Below, piece after piece: positions 51,361 through 60,511 of a DNA stretch of 64,000 nt (its first letter is position 1; each line of letters starts with the position of its first letter). The position numbers and the translations under genes are program-made. The stretch is from contig CAVPRZ010000011.1 in the NCBI GenBank assembly GCA_963708065.1, positions 5,195-69,194 of the forward strand. Reading direction: 5' to 3'. Source of the stretch: an uncultured Chloroflexia bacterium. Its GTDB lineage: Bacteria > Chloroflexota > Limnocylindria > Limnocylindrales > CSP1-4. The notes beneath the pieces were generated by a model. That model did not search any database. It was not told where the DNA came from and was given only the letters and a program-made list of their open reading frames with translations.

Positions 51361-52411
51361 TCACGATTCGCCGCTCGCTCTCCGAGGTCGGAGGCGGAGC
51401 TCTGTCGACGCCATCCGCCCGAGGATCGCCCGTGGCGCCCCGAGGATCGACTCGCGGACCCAGCGCGTCTCCTCGCGGTTGAGCCGCCGGAACTCGAGCC
51501 GCTCCTGCGACATCGGCCCGTGGTTGGTGACCACCGTCCGCAGCTCGTCCCAGTCGGGCTCCGCTGTAGCGCCACTCGCCGGCAGCCTCGTCGTAGCCGG
51601 AGCTCCGGGTCGGGGATCGTCAGGCCGAGCTCGAGGATCCGCGGCACGTAGATCCCGAGGAACTCCTGGCGCAGCTCCTCGCTCGTCTTCGCCTTGATCC
51701 GCCAGGCCAGGTCGCGGTCCTTCTCGCGCGGCGTCCGCGGGCCGTGCATCTGCATCAGCGGTCCCCACCACCGGTCGAGCGCCTCCTGGACCATCGCCCG
51801 CTGGACCGGCGTCCCGGTGACAAGCGTCACCACGACGTCGCGCCCGTGCATGATGTGGACCGACTCCTCCCAGCAGATCTTGCGCATCGTCCGGGCGTAC
51901 GGGGCATAGGACGAGTCGCGCAGCGCCTGCTGGGCGACGATCGCCGCGGCGTCGACCAGCCAGGCGATGATCCCGACGTCGCCCCAGCTCCGGGTCGGGT
52001 AGTGGAAGACGTTGTGGAACTTCGTCCTGCCCGGCGAGCAGGTCGTCGAACATCGCCTCGCGCGGCTTGCCCAGGTCCTCGGCGACCCGGTAGAGGAGCT
52101 GGGCGTGGCCGACCTCGTCCTGGACCTTGGCGGTGAGGGCCAGCTTCCGCCGGAGCGTCGGCGCGCGCATGAGCCACTCGCGCTCCGGGAGGACGCCCAT
52201 GAGCTCGCTGTTCGCGTGCATCTCGACGAACCGGAGGACCTCGGTCCGGTAGTCGTCGGGCATCCAGTCGCCGGCCTCGACCTTGCCCGCCGGCCTCGAT
52301 GTGCGCCTCGAACCGGCGACGGCGCTCGTCGTGGGAGACCTGGTCGATCGAGGTGGGGCGGCTGCGTTCCGACTCCGGCAGGACGGGGTCGAGCGCGAGC
52401 GGGTCGGTCAT
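51361..52411 (-). pseudogene. paaA: Phenylacetate-CoA oxygenase catalytic subunit PaaA (several frame changes)
   Basis: Segments MTDPLAL..FEAHIEAG (ORF 51827..52504), MPDDYRTEVLRFVEMHANSELMG..QDEVGHAQLLY (51361..52263) and CWEESVHIMHG..RWWGPLMQM (50451..51887). Confidence 0.8.
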
Positions 52412-52593
52412 CTGGACAGGCCTCCGACGGCCGGCGGTGGACGTGGTCCCCGATGGTACGCCGGGCCCGCGGGCATGTCGCGGTACCAGTCGGACCCGGA
52501 CCATCAGATGGGCGTCAGGCCGTAATCCGCGACGCCGCCCCGCGTTCTGTGAACACGGATCGCGCCCAAGTCACTCGCGACCCGTCGAACGAC

Positions 52594-53631
52594 ATGGATC
52601 ATCTGGGGGTGGACCTTATGGATGGGGATCGTTCCGGTCGCAGGCTCGGCCGGGGATTCAGCCGGCGGCTGCCGAGCGCGATGCCCGCGGCGACGGCCGC
52701 GGCGCTGCTCGTGGCGGCCCTGGCCCTCGGGGCGACGACCGTCGGGCCGCTCGTTCTCACAGCGGCGGACACGCCGATGTGCCAGGACGAGCAGGGCAAC
52801 GTCTTCCCGTGCCCGACGGACGCGCCCCCCGCCGGGGATCCGACCCCCGGACAGCCCACGGCCACGCCGGGAGACCCTACGGCCACGCCCGGCGGCGGCG
52901 GCCATGAGCAGCCGACCGCCACCCCCACCGACAAGCCGGATCCAAAGGACAAGCCCGATCCGAAGGACAAGCCGGATCCGACCCATAAGCCGAAGCCGCA
53001 TCCGGAGCTGCTCGGCCTGCGCCTGTCCAACGCCGCGGGCGGGGTGAAGGTCGACTGGACCACCTGCCACCGCAGCGGGTTCGACGCCTACAAGGTCGTC
53101 CGGTCCACCGACCAGAAGGTCAGCTGGCCGCTCGGCGAGAACGACACGCTCGTCGGGGTCGTCCACAGCCGCTACAAGACCGCGCTGGTGGACAAGGGCG
53201 CCCCCGTCGGCGTCAAGGTCTGGTACCGCGTGTTCTGCGTCGACAAGACGGCAGACGGCTACAAGGTCCTCGGCAGCACCCGGGCCAAGTCGATCGTGCG
53301 CCACGAGACAGCGGCGCCGAAGCCCTGCGAGATGGGCCTCGAGGCCAACGTCACGGACGGCAACGTCGTCCTCGACTGGGGCGCCTGCTCGTCGGACAAG
53401 TTCCACTGGTACAAGGTCGTCCGGTCACACGGGGAGAACCCCTCGTACGTGCCCTGGACGGACGGCAGCCAGCTCATCTTCTTCACCGAGGACCGCGGAC
53501 ACACCCAGTTCACCGACTCGCACGTCGAAAGCGGCCAGACCTGGTTCTACCGGGTTCAGGCGGTCGGCCTCTCGGCGGGCAAGAAGGTCTTGCTCGGCCA
53601 GAGCTCGGCCATCGAGGTCACGATCCCGTAA
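52594..53631 (+). CDS. Secreted/anchored protein: N-terminal TM or signal, Pro/Thr/Lys-rich linker, two tandem FN3-like domains
   Basis: Both domains carry the pattern V.(V/L)DW..C....F..YKVVRS......W(Y/F)YRV. The start is ATG 52594, or alternatively 52618. Confidence 0.65.
   Translation: MDHLGVDLMDGDRSGRRLGRGFSRRLPSAMPAATAAALLVAALALGATTVGPLVLTAADTPMCQDEQGNVFPCPTDAPPAGDPTPGQPTATPGDPTATPGGGGHEQPTATPTDKPDPKDKPDPKDKPDPTHKPKPHPELLGLRLSNAAGGVKVDWTTCHRSGFDAYKVVRSTDQKVSWPLGENDTLVGVVHSRYKTALVDKGAPVGVKVWYRVFCVDKTADGYKVLGSTRAKSIVRHETAAPKPCEMGLEANVTDGNVVLDWGACSSDKFHWYKVVRSHGENPSYVPWTDGSQLIFFTEDRGHTQFTDSHVESGQTWFYRVQAVGLSAGKKVLLGQSSAIEVTIP
52931..52984 (+). repeat. 3 x 18-bp in-frame tandem repeat encoding (DKPDPK)n in the linker
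   Basis: GACAAGCCGGATCCAAAG / GACAAGCCCGATCCGAAG / GACAAGCCGGATCCGACC. Confidence 0.85.
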
Positions 53632-53654
53632 CGGCTCAGCCCCCTCCCATGGTC

Positions 53655-53723
53655 CGGTGGAGCGGACCGTGGTCCCGTCGCCGGCAGTACGGCCGGAGGA
53701 TGGCGGCCCGGTCCGCTCCACCG
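53655..53723. promoter_or_regulatory. Perfect 15-bp inverted repeat (CGGTGGAGCGGACCG ... CGGTCCGCTCCACCG) with a 39-nt loop
   Basis: Read directly. It lies between the repeat-protein stop (53631) and the ECF sigma start (53740). It could be a terminator or a regulatory stem. Confidence 0.5.
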
Positions 53724-53739
53724 CATCGTCCGAGTCGAG

Positions 53740-54357
53740 ATGGCTCGTGACGATGGCGCCAGCCGGATGGATCCCGAGCGCGAACGGTCCCTCGTGGTCC
53801 GGGCGCGCTCGGACAGCGCCGCCTTCGGAGAGCTGTACGACTTCTACCTTCCCCGGATCCACGGCTTCGTCGCCCGCCGGGTCGGCGACCGTGCCACGAC
53901 CGAGGACCTCACGGCGATGACCTTCGAGCGCGCGCTCGGAGCGCTCCGCTCCGGGTCGTTCCGCAACGACTCCTTCGGCGGCTGGCTCTACCGGGTGGCG
54001 TCGAACGCGATCGTCGACCACGCCCGGAGCGGGCGCCGCCTGGTCGGGCTCGGGATCCGGGCCGTCGACCTCCGCGACGACGGGCAGAGCCCGACCGACG
54101 ACCGGCCGGAGCCCGGCGATGCGACGGCGACCGACGCGTTCGCCGCCGCGCTCGATCGCGACCAGCTCCAGCGGGCCCTGATCGCCCTGCCCGAGACCCA
54201 CCGCCGGGTCCTCGTGCTCAAGTTCTACGACGACCTGACGACCGACGAGCTCTGTGCGGCCCTCGGGTGCTCGCCGGCGACGCTGGCGGTAAAGGTCCAC
54301 CGGGCGCTCGGAGCCCTGCGCCGAGCGCTGGTGCGGGAGGCCACCGATGCGGCCTGA
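53740..54357 (+). CDS. ECF-type RNA polymerase sigma factor
   Basis: The sigma-2 region is FGELYDFYLPRIHGFVARRVG..DLTAMTFERA..WLYRVASN. The sigma-4 region is LPETHRRVLVLKFYDDLTTDELCAALGCSPATLAVKVHRA. Confidence 0.85.
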   Translation: MARDDGASRMDPERERSLVVRARSDSAAFGELYDFYLPRIHGFVARRVGDRATTEDLTAMTFERALGALRSGSFRNDSFGGWLYRVASNAIVDHARSGRRLVGLGIRAVDLRDDGQSPTDDRPEPGDATATDAFAAALDRDQLQRALIALPETHRRVLVLKFYDDLTTDELCAALGCSPATLAVKVHRALGALRRALVREATDAA

Positions 54358-56197
54358 CCGGCGCCGCCGCGCGGACCTCCCGATCGACGGGCCCGACCCG
54401 GCCCCGGTGCCGTTCGACGTGGCCTCGGATCCGGACGCCCGCGAGCTCACGGCGCTCGAGGCGGAGCTGGCCGCGGCGGGCGAGCGCGTACGCGCGGATC
54501 GCGGGGCGCACGGGTTCGACCAACCCAGGCCGGCGTTCGCCGCCGAGCTCCGGTCGCGGCTAATCGCCGGCTACGCCGCGGCGGGGGCCGGAGCGACGAC
54601 CGCCGAGCCGACACGACCTGCCCGCGGCGCCGCCCTGCCATTCGCCTGGATCATCAGGTCGGTGGCGGCCCGATCGGCGACGATCCATGCGCCCCAACGC
54701 TGGGCGATCGTCGCCGTCGCGGCGGCCGTGGCGATCGCGGTCCTCGGGTCGATCTCCGGGCGGTTCCTCCCGGCATCGCTCGAGGCGCGGGCAACCGAAG
54801 CCGTCGGTGCGACGATCGTGCGGGACGGGGTCGCCTCCGTCCTCGTGCCGGGGACGTCGCTCCGGGCGGGCGACGAGATCCGGGTCGACGCGACCGGACG
54901 GGCGACGCTCGGCATCGGGGCCGGGCTGACCCGGCTGGCCGGGGGCGCCGATCTGCGGCTGGACGACCTGTCGGCCGACGGCCCGCGGCTCGACCTGCTC
55001 GCCGGACGGTCGTACCACCGCGTCGCGCTGCCGGGCGGTGGCGCCTATGTCGTGACGACCGGAGCCCTTCGCTGGACGGCGCTCGGGACGGCGTTCGACC
55101 TCGACCGCGAGCCCACCGGCGACGGCCGGGATCGGGTCACGCTGCTCGGGCTCCAGCACAGCGTGGTCGTGGCCGGCCCGGACCTGCGGGCCACGGTCGG
55201 CGAGGGACGGGCGGCGACCGTGGACATCCGCGCGGGAGACGCGTCCGACCTCGCCGTCGGGCCGATCGACCCCGCGGTCCTGGCCGATCCGTGGCTGGTC
55301 GCCAACGCCCGTCGCGATCGCGACCTCGGCTTCCCGCTCGGGGTCATGGACTCGGTGGCCGTCGGTCCGACCGCCACGATCGCAGCCGAACCGCCGTCGA
55401 TTGGGCCGGCCAGCGAGCAGCCGGTGGCCAGCGCTGCCCCCGAGCCGACGGCGACCGATCGCCCGACGGCCCGGCCCACCTCGCGGCCGGTCACCCGGGC
55501 GACGCCGAGGCCAACCCCGAAGTCGACGCCGAAGCCCACGCCGGAACCGACACCCGAGCCGACGCCCAGGCCGCTCGCGAGCCTCGGCCTGGACCTGGTG
55601 TCATGCGACGGCGGCATCGTCATCGACTGGGCGACCTACGACGGCGACCACTTCGACCACTACGCGACGCTGCGCAACACGAGCCCCACGATCCCGAAGG
55701 CGTACCCGCCCCGGGCCGGCGCGACCTTCGTCGACGGGACCTACACGCGGACTCGCCTGCGGACGAGCGCCTACGACGCGGGGCTCGACGCGGGCACCTG
55801 GTACTACCGCTCGATGGCATTCGACGCGGCCGACCGGGTGATCGCCGCCAGCCCGATCCGGTCGGCCACCGCGAGGCCGGTCCGTGACCTCGGTGCGCTG
55901 ACCGTCGGGCCCGGCGACGGCTCGACGACCGCCTTCTCCTGGGCGGCGTACGAGGGCCCGGCCGCGTGCTTCGGCGCGGCGAAGCTGGTCGTCTCCAGGG
56001 TCGACCCGAGCCCGAGCTACTTGGACGGCTCCCCGGTCCTGTTCGCCACGGGCGAGCAGGGCGTCTCAGAAGCGGTCGCCGCGCTCGACCCCGGGACCTA
56101 CCACTTCCGGCTCCAGGTCGTGCGCTTCACCGACCTCGGCTCGCCGGCCAAGTTCCTCGTCGCCCAGACCGCCGTCGCGACCTACACCGTCCCGTAG
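54347..56197 (+). CDS. Anti-sigma-like transmembrane protein: FecR-like domain, Pro/Thr linker, two FN3-like domains
   Basis: It overlaps the sigma gene by 11 nt. TM helix WAIVAVAAAVAIAVLGSISG, then a FecR-like beta region. The C-terminal domains (IVIDWATYDGDHFDHYATLRN..WYYRSMAF; FSWAAY..AAKLVVSRV..YHFRLQVV) are similar to those of the 52594 gene. Confidence 0.7.
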   Translation: MRPDRRRRADLPIDGPDPAPVPFDVASDPDARELTALEAELAAAGERVRADRGAHGFDQPRPAFAAELRSRLIAGYAAAGAGATTAEPTRPARGAALPFAWIIRSVAARSATIHAPQRWAIVAVAAAVAIAVLGSISGRFLPASLEARATEAVGATIVRDGVASVLVPGTSLRAGDEIRVDATGRATLGIGAGLTRLAGGADLRLDDLSADGPRLDLLAGRSYHRVALPGGGAYVVTTGALRWTALGTAFDLDREPTGDGRDRVTLLGLQHSVVVAGPDLRATVGEGRAATVDIRAGDASDLAVGPIDPAVLADPWLVANARRDRDLGFPLGVMDSVAVGPTATIAAEPPSIGPASEQPVASAAPEPTATDRPTARPTSRPVTRATPRPTPKSTPKPTPEPTPEPTPRPLASLGLDLVSCDGGIVIDWATYDGDHFDHYATLRNTSPTIPKAYPPRAGATFVDGTYTRTRLRTSAYDAGLDAGTWYYRSMAFDAADRVIAASPIRSATARPVRDLGALTVGPGDGSTTAFSWAAYEGPAACFGAAKLVVSRVDPSPSYLDGSPVLFATGEQGVSEAVAALDPGTYHFRLQVVRFTDLGSPAKFLVAQTAVATYTVP

Positions 56198-57375
56198 GCG
56201 CTCGGCCACGGCCCGCCTGAGGTCCGCCGCAGGTCGGGGATCGCCGAGGCCACCACGACGAGGACGATCGCCAGCCACCAGCCGAGACCCGGCGCGACGC
56301 TCGTGATCCCGAGGGCGAACCACAGGGCCACCGGCCGCAGCCCGAGGAGCGCCGGGAGGGCCACGAGGAACCCGTGGGTGAACAGCGACGGCGAGGCCAC
56401 GACCGTGGCGACCCCGAACCGGGCGAGTCCGTCGAGCCGGCGGCCGAGCCACGCCCAGACGACGGCGGCGAGAGCGAGGGCGAGCGGGACCATGCCCGGA
56501 AGGTAGGCGCCCAGCCCGAACCCCAGGAGCACCGGTACGAGCGGTTGCGAGGCCGCGTACAGCCGCAGCCCGTCGAGCCAGGCGCGCCAGGCGTCGACCC
56601 CGACGAGGGGCAGGGTCACGAGGGCGAGCCCGCCGAGGATGGCGACGCCGACGACGATCGACCGGAGGTGGCGCTCCCGGACGAGCCACAGCGCCGCGAC
56701 CGCGCTGTACGCCTTGAATGCCCCGGCCAGGACGAGCCCGGACCCGAACCACGGGGCGGCCGCGAAGAGGGCAAACGCCGGCACGGCGACGTTCCCGACA
56801 TACAGGCCCTGGAAGAACGGCGGCCACAGGAGGGCCACCGCCGCCCACGACAGCGACAGGCCGAGGAGCCGCAGGCCGAGGATGGCCAGCCCGACCGAGC
56901 CGGCGACCCAGCCGGCCGCGACGAGCGGCTCGGGCAGCGCGGCCAGGACGGCCAGGAACGGCAGCGTCGGCGGCGGGTAGAGGAAGGGGTACGTGGTCTT
57001 GTCGATCGGGGCCTCGGTGACGAGCGAGGTCAGGTAGACGGGGCTCCCGGCGCTGAAGTGCTCGCCGGCCCGCAGGTAGATCCCGAGGTCGCGCAGGAGC
57101 TGGCCGTTGAACTGGACGAGATCGGTCAGGAGCGCCGCGGTGGCCGTGGCCGCCGCAAGGGCGTCGACCGGCTCCCAGCGCCCGCGGAACGTCCGCAGCA
57201 CGAGGACGGCGACGACGCTCAGGGCCGCCCAGACCGGGCCGAACGAGGTCCCGTCCTTGCCTGGCAGCCGCCAGTCGTAGACGGCCACGAGGATGTACCC
57301 GACGAGCGCGACGACGGCGAGCCAGCCGAGGAGCGTGCTCCGTCCCGGGCGGCGTCGCCTGAGGCCGGACCTCAC
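56182..57375 (-). CDS. Polytopic membrane glycosyltransferase-like protein (DUF2029/GT87-like)
   Basis: 397 aa with more than 10 TM segments. It has a loop with YL..PVYL and TYPFLYPPP. The GTG start overlaps the paaG stop. Confidence 0.5.
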   Translation of the reverse strand: MRSGLRRRRPGRSTLLGWLAVVALVGYILVAVYDWRLPGKDGTSFGPVWAALSVVAVLVLRTFRGRWEPVDALAAATATAALLTDLVQFNGQLLRDLGIYLRAGEHFSAGSPVYLTSLVTEAPIDKTTYPFLYPPPTLPFLAVLAALPEPLVAAGWVAGSVGLAILGLRLLGLSLSWAAVALLWPPFFQGLYVGNVAVPAFALFAAAPWFGSGLVLAGAFKAYSAVAALWLVRERHLRSIVVGVAILGGLALVTLPLVGVDAWRAWLDGLRLYAASQPLVPVLLGFGLGAYLPGMVPLALALAAVVWAWLGRRLDGLARFGVATVVASPSLFTHGFLVALPALLGLRPVALWFALGITSVAPGLGWWLAIVLVVVASAIPDLRRTSGGPWPSAYGTV

Positions 57376-58163
57376 TCCCCGCGGAACCGCGGCGGCCGCT
57401 TCTCCACGAACGCCGCGATCCCCTCGGCGTGATCGGCGGTCCGCCCGGCGATCCCCTGGAGCGACGCCTCGTGGTCGAGCGCCTCGACCAGCCCGACCTC
57501 GAGCGACCGGGCCATCGCCCGCCGGGTCAGGGCGAGCGCACGCGGCGCGCCGGACGCGATCCGGGCCGCGATTGACCGGGCCTCATCCACGAGCGACTCG
57601 GCCGGAACGACCCGGCTGACGAGCCCGATCCGGAGCGCCTCGGCCGCCGACAGCGGGTCGGGCAGGTAGACGAGCTCGGCCGCCCGCGCGGCCCCGACGA
57701 GGCGCGGCAGGAACCAGCTCGCCCCACTGTCAGGGATCAGGCCGATCCGGCCGAAGGCCAGGACGAAGCTCGCGCCCTCGCCGGCGATCCGCAGGTCGCA
57801 GGCGAAGGCAAGGGACGCACCGGCGCCGGCCGCCACCCCGTTGACCGCGGCCAGGATCGGCTTGCTGAGCGCGTGCATCGCGAGGACGATCGGGTTGAAC
57901 CGCTCGCGAACCTCGACGTCCAGTGGCGCGGCGTCCGGTGCGAGGCGCTCCTTGAGGTCCTGGCCGGCGCAGAACGCCCGACCGGCGCCGGTCAGGATGA
58001 CCGCCCGGACGGAGGCGTCGCGATCGGCCTGGCGGAGCGCCGCAAGGAGCTCACGCTTGAGCGTGGCATCGAGGCTGTTGAGCGACTCCGGCCGGTCGAG
58101 GGTGATCGTCCCTACCCCGTCGGCGGCCTCCCAGCGGAGGGCGGAGAAGGACGCCGCCGGCAT
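57372..58163 (-). CDS. paaG: Enoyl-CoA hydratase/isomerase, PaaG-like (1,2-epoxyphenylacetyl-CoA isomerase)
   Basis: RAFCAGQDLKE, RFNPIV, AVNGVAAGAGAS, GLIPDSGASWFLPRLVG and AFVEKRPPRFRGE parallel E. coli PaaG as I recall it. Confidence 0.7.
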   Translation of the reverse strand: MPAASFSALRWEAADGVGTITLDRPESLNSLDATLKRELLAALRQADRDASVRAVILTGAGRAFCAGQDLKERLAPDAAPLDVEVRERFNPIVLAMHALSKPILAAVNGVAAGAGASLAFACDLRIAGEGASFVLAFGRIGLIPDSGASWFLPRLVGAARAAELVYLPDPLSAAEALRIGLVSRVVPAESLVDEARSIAARIASGAPRALALTRRAMARSLEVGLVEALDHEASLQGIAGRTADHAEGIAAFVEKRPPRFRGE

Positions 58164-58978
58164 CAGCCCGTGAACTCGACGAGGGTCGACCCGCTCAGCT
58201 CGAAGATCCGCCGGTCAATGGGCTCGTCGGCCGCGGCGCTGTGCTCGATGACATAGTCCCGGAGCAGGGCGGCGAAGTCGTCGTCGCCGGGTCGGAGGGT
58301 GCCCGCCAGGAGCAGGTGGCGGTCGGGCAGCCCGACGAGGACCCGCCCGCTGCCTCCCAGCTCGGCGGCCAGGTGGTCGCGGACCTCCGGGAGGAGGATC
58401 CGGGCGGCATCGAGCCCGGAGCCCGTGTCGGAGCTGAGCAGGCGCCGTTCGCCCGAGATCTCGTCGCTCCACTCGGCGCCGGCCGACCAGGCCGCCAGGT
58501 TCGCGATCGCGGCCTCGTGGACCGCCCCCGGCTCGACGTTCCAGGACAGCAGGTGCTCGCCGTTGACGATGACGTCGAACCCGGTGGCCGGCAGGGCATA
58601 GGCGACGGCGAGGTCGCACGGGCCGTCGCCGACGAGCGGCAGCGTGTGGGCCTTGTTCGCGTTCGCCACGAGCACTGCCCGGTCGACCACGTCGATCCGG
58701 AGGCCGACCGTCCCGACCGGGCGGAGGACGGGCACGACGACCGCGGCCGCGGCCGTCCAGTCGTGCTCGGGCGTCAGCGACGCGGCCCCGGCGCCGGCAT
58801 CGGAGGCGCGGACGTGACCGCTGATGGGCGCCGCCGCGTCGATCGGACCGAGGATGTCGGGCGGCGCGTCCCGGTAGGCCGGCGCCGGCTCGTCGCCGAG
58901 CTCGCGGCCGACGTCGCTGCCGTAGTCCGAGCCACCCGGGCGCTCGCCCCGCCGGCCCACGTCGAAGTCGTCGGTCAT
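58163..58978 (-). CDS. Hypothetical protein embedded between paaF and paaG
   Basis: 271 aa with an acidic, disordered N-terminus followed by a globular domain. It overlaps the paaG start by 1 nt. Confidence 0.5.
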   Translation of the reverse strand: MTDDFDVGRRGERPGGSDYGSDVGRELGDEPAPAYRDAPPDILGPIDAAAPISGHVRASDAGAGAASLTPEHDWTAAAAVVVPVLRPVGTVGLRIDVVDRAVLVANANKAHTLPLVGDGPCDLAVAYALPATGFDVIVNGEHLLSWNVEPGAVHEAAIANLAAWSAGAEWSDEISGERRLLSSDTGSGLDAARILLPEVRDHLAAELGGSGRVLVGLPDRHLLLAGTLRPGDDDFAALLRDYVIEHSAAADEPIDRRIFELSGSTLVEFTG

Positions 58979-58988
58979 CCCCTGCCTC

Positions 58989-59858
58989 CTAGCGCCCGGT
59001 CCATCGGGGCGACCGCTTCTCGACGAACGCGGCCATCCCCTCCTTCTGATCGGCGGTCGCGAACAGCCCGAAGAAGGCCTGCCGCTCGCGGGCGAGCCCT
59101 TCGCTCAGCGGAAGCTCCTGGGCGGCGTTCACGGCGGCCTTGGCGGCGCGGACGGCGATCGGCGGCAGCGCCGCGATCCGGCCGGCCAGCTCGAGCGCCC
59201 GGTCGAGCGTCTCCTCGGCGGGCACGACGAGGCTGACGAGGCCGAGCCGCTCGGCTTCCCGGGCGTCGATCGACCGACCGGTCAGGATGAGCTCCATCGC
59301 CCGAGCCCTGCCCACGGCCCGGGTGAGGCGCTGCGTGCCGCCGGCCCCGGGGATGACCCCGAGCTTGATCTCCGGCTGGCCGAACGTCGCATCGTCCCCG
59401 GCGACGACGACGTCGCACAGCAGGGCGAGCTCGCAGCCACCGCCGAGGGCGAAGCCGCGGACGGCGGCGACGATCGGGACGCCGACCCCCGCCAGCGTCG
59501 CCCAGTGCTCGAACCCACCGATCGGGCCGATCGTCGTCGGGCTCGCCCCGGCCATCGCCTTGATGTCGGCCCCGGCGGCGAACGCCCGCGTACCGCTGCC
59601 GGTCAGGACGATCACGTGGCAGGTCGGGTCGCTGTCGAGCCTCGTGAACGCGTCGGCCAGGCCGGCCAGCACCGCCGCGTCGAGGGCGTTGAGCGCCTCG
59701 GGCCGGTCGATCGTGACGAGGGCGATCGCCGGGTCGGGCTCGCCGCGCGCGAACGCGGCCGGTGCGGGGAGATCGACCCGGACGACGGGACGAGGCCCCC
59801 CGGCGGCATCGGTCGACGCGCTCTTCTCGGTCGTCGGCGCGGGCGCGGTGTCGGTCAC
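58989..59858 (-). CDS. paaF: Enoyl-CoA hydratase, PaaF-like
   Basis: FAAGADIKAM and GGGCELALLCDVVVAGDDATFGQPEIKLGVIPGAGGTQRL parallel E. coli PaaF as I recall it. GTG start inferred at 59858. Confidence 0.7.
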   Translation of the reverse strand: MTDTAPAPTTEKSASTDAAGGPRPVVRVDLPAPAAFARGEPDPAIALVTIDRPEALNALDAAVLAGLADAFTRLDSDPTCHVIVLTGSGTRAFAAGADIKAMAGASPTTIGPIGGFEHWATLAGVGVPIVAAVRGFALGGGCELALLCDVVVAGDDATFGQPEIKLGVIPGAGGTQRLTRAVGRARAMELILTGRSIDAREAERLGLVSLVVPAEETLDRALELAGRIAALPPIAVRAAKAAVNAAQELPLSEGLARERQAFFGLFATADQKEGMAAFVEKRSPRWTGR

Positions 59859-59971
59859 GCAGATCCCTCGGTGCGTGCCGCCAGTATCCACCGCGACGGA
59901 AGGGCCCGACGGCCGCTTCCGCTCCGCGTCCGAGATGGACCCCCTCGGCCCAGGGTCGGTGACCGAGCGCG

Positions 59972-60511
59972 TCAGCGGCCCGGGTCGAGCTCCCGGCGCA
60001 GCGTGGCCCGACCGCGCGACAGCCAGCTCGCCACGGTTCCCTCCGGGACGCCCAGGATGGTCCCGATCTCCCGCTGGGTGTAGCCGTCGACGACGTTGAG
60101 CAGGAGGGCCGTCCGGGTCCGCGGGTCCAGGTTGTGGAGAGCGGCCCACAGGTCGGGATCCGACGCGTCGCTCCACGTCCGCGGCTCGATCCGCTGGATC
60201 GCGGCCAGCCAGCGCCGATGACGGCGGAGCTGGTTGAACGCAAGCCGCAGGGCGATCGTGTAGAGCCAGGCCCGGACGTCGCCCCCGGCGAACCGATCCC
60301 ACGACCGGAACGCCCGCAGGTAGGCCTCCTGGGCCACGTCCTGGGCGTCGTTCTCGTCGCCGAGCACGACGACCAGGCGCCGGACGAGGTTGGCGTAGTG
60401 GGGGCGGACCGCCGCCTCGAACGCAGCCGGGTCGCGTCGCGAGGCGGCCGTCGCGCGCGGACCGGCGATCGCCGCCGTCGCCGGTCCGGTCAGGTCGTCG
60501 GTGGTCGTCAC
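59972..60511 (-). CDS. ECF-type sigma factor
   Basis: DAQDVAQEAYLRAF and WLYTIALRLAFN. The sigma-4 region is LDPRTRTALLLNVVDGYTQREIGTILGVPEGTVASWLSRGR. The GTG start overlaps the upstream stop (GTGA). Confidence 0.8.
   Translation of the reverse strand: MTTTDDLTGPATAAIAGPRATAASRRDPAAFEAAVRPHYANLVRRLVVVLGDENDAQDVAQEAYLRAFRSWDRFAGGDVRAWLYTIALRLAFNQLRRHRRWLAAIQRIEPRTWSDASDPDLWAALHNLDPRTRTALLLNVVDGYTQREIGTILGVPEGTVASWLSRGRATLRRELDPGR

Noticed and set aside
52860-53000. Short tandem repeats considered as a possible CRISPR or minisatellite
   Set aside because: They are in-frame 18-bp repeats encoding a DKPDPK linker inside a CDS. There is no repeat-spacer architecture, and no cas genes occur anywhere in the window.
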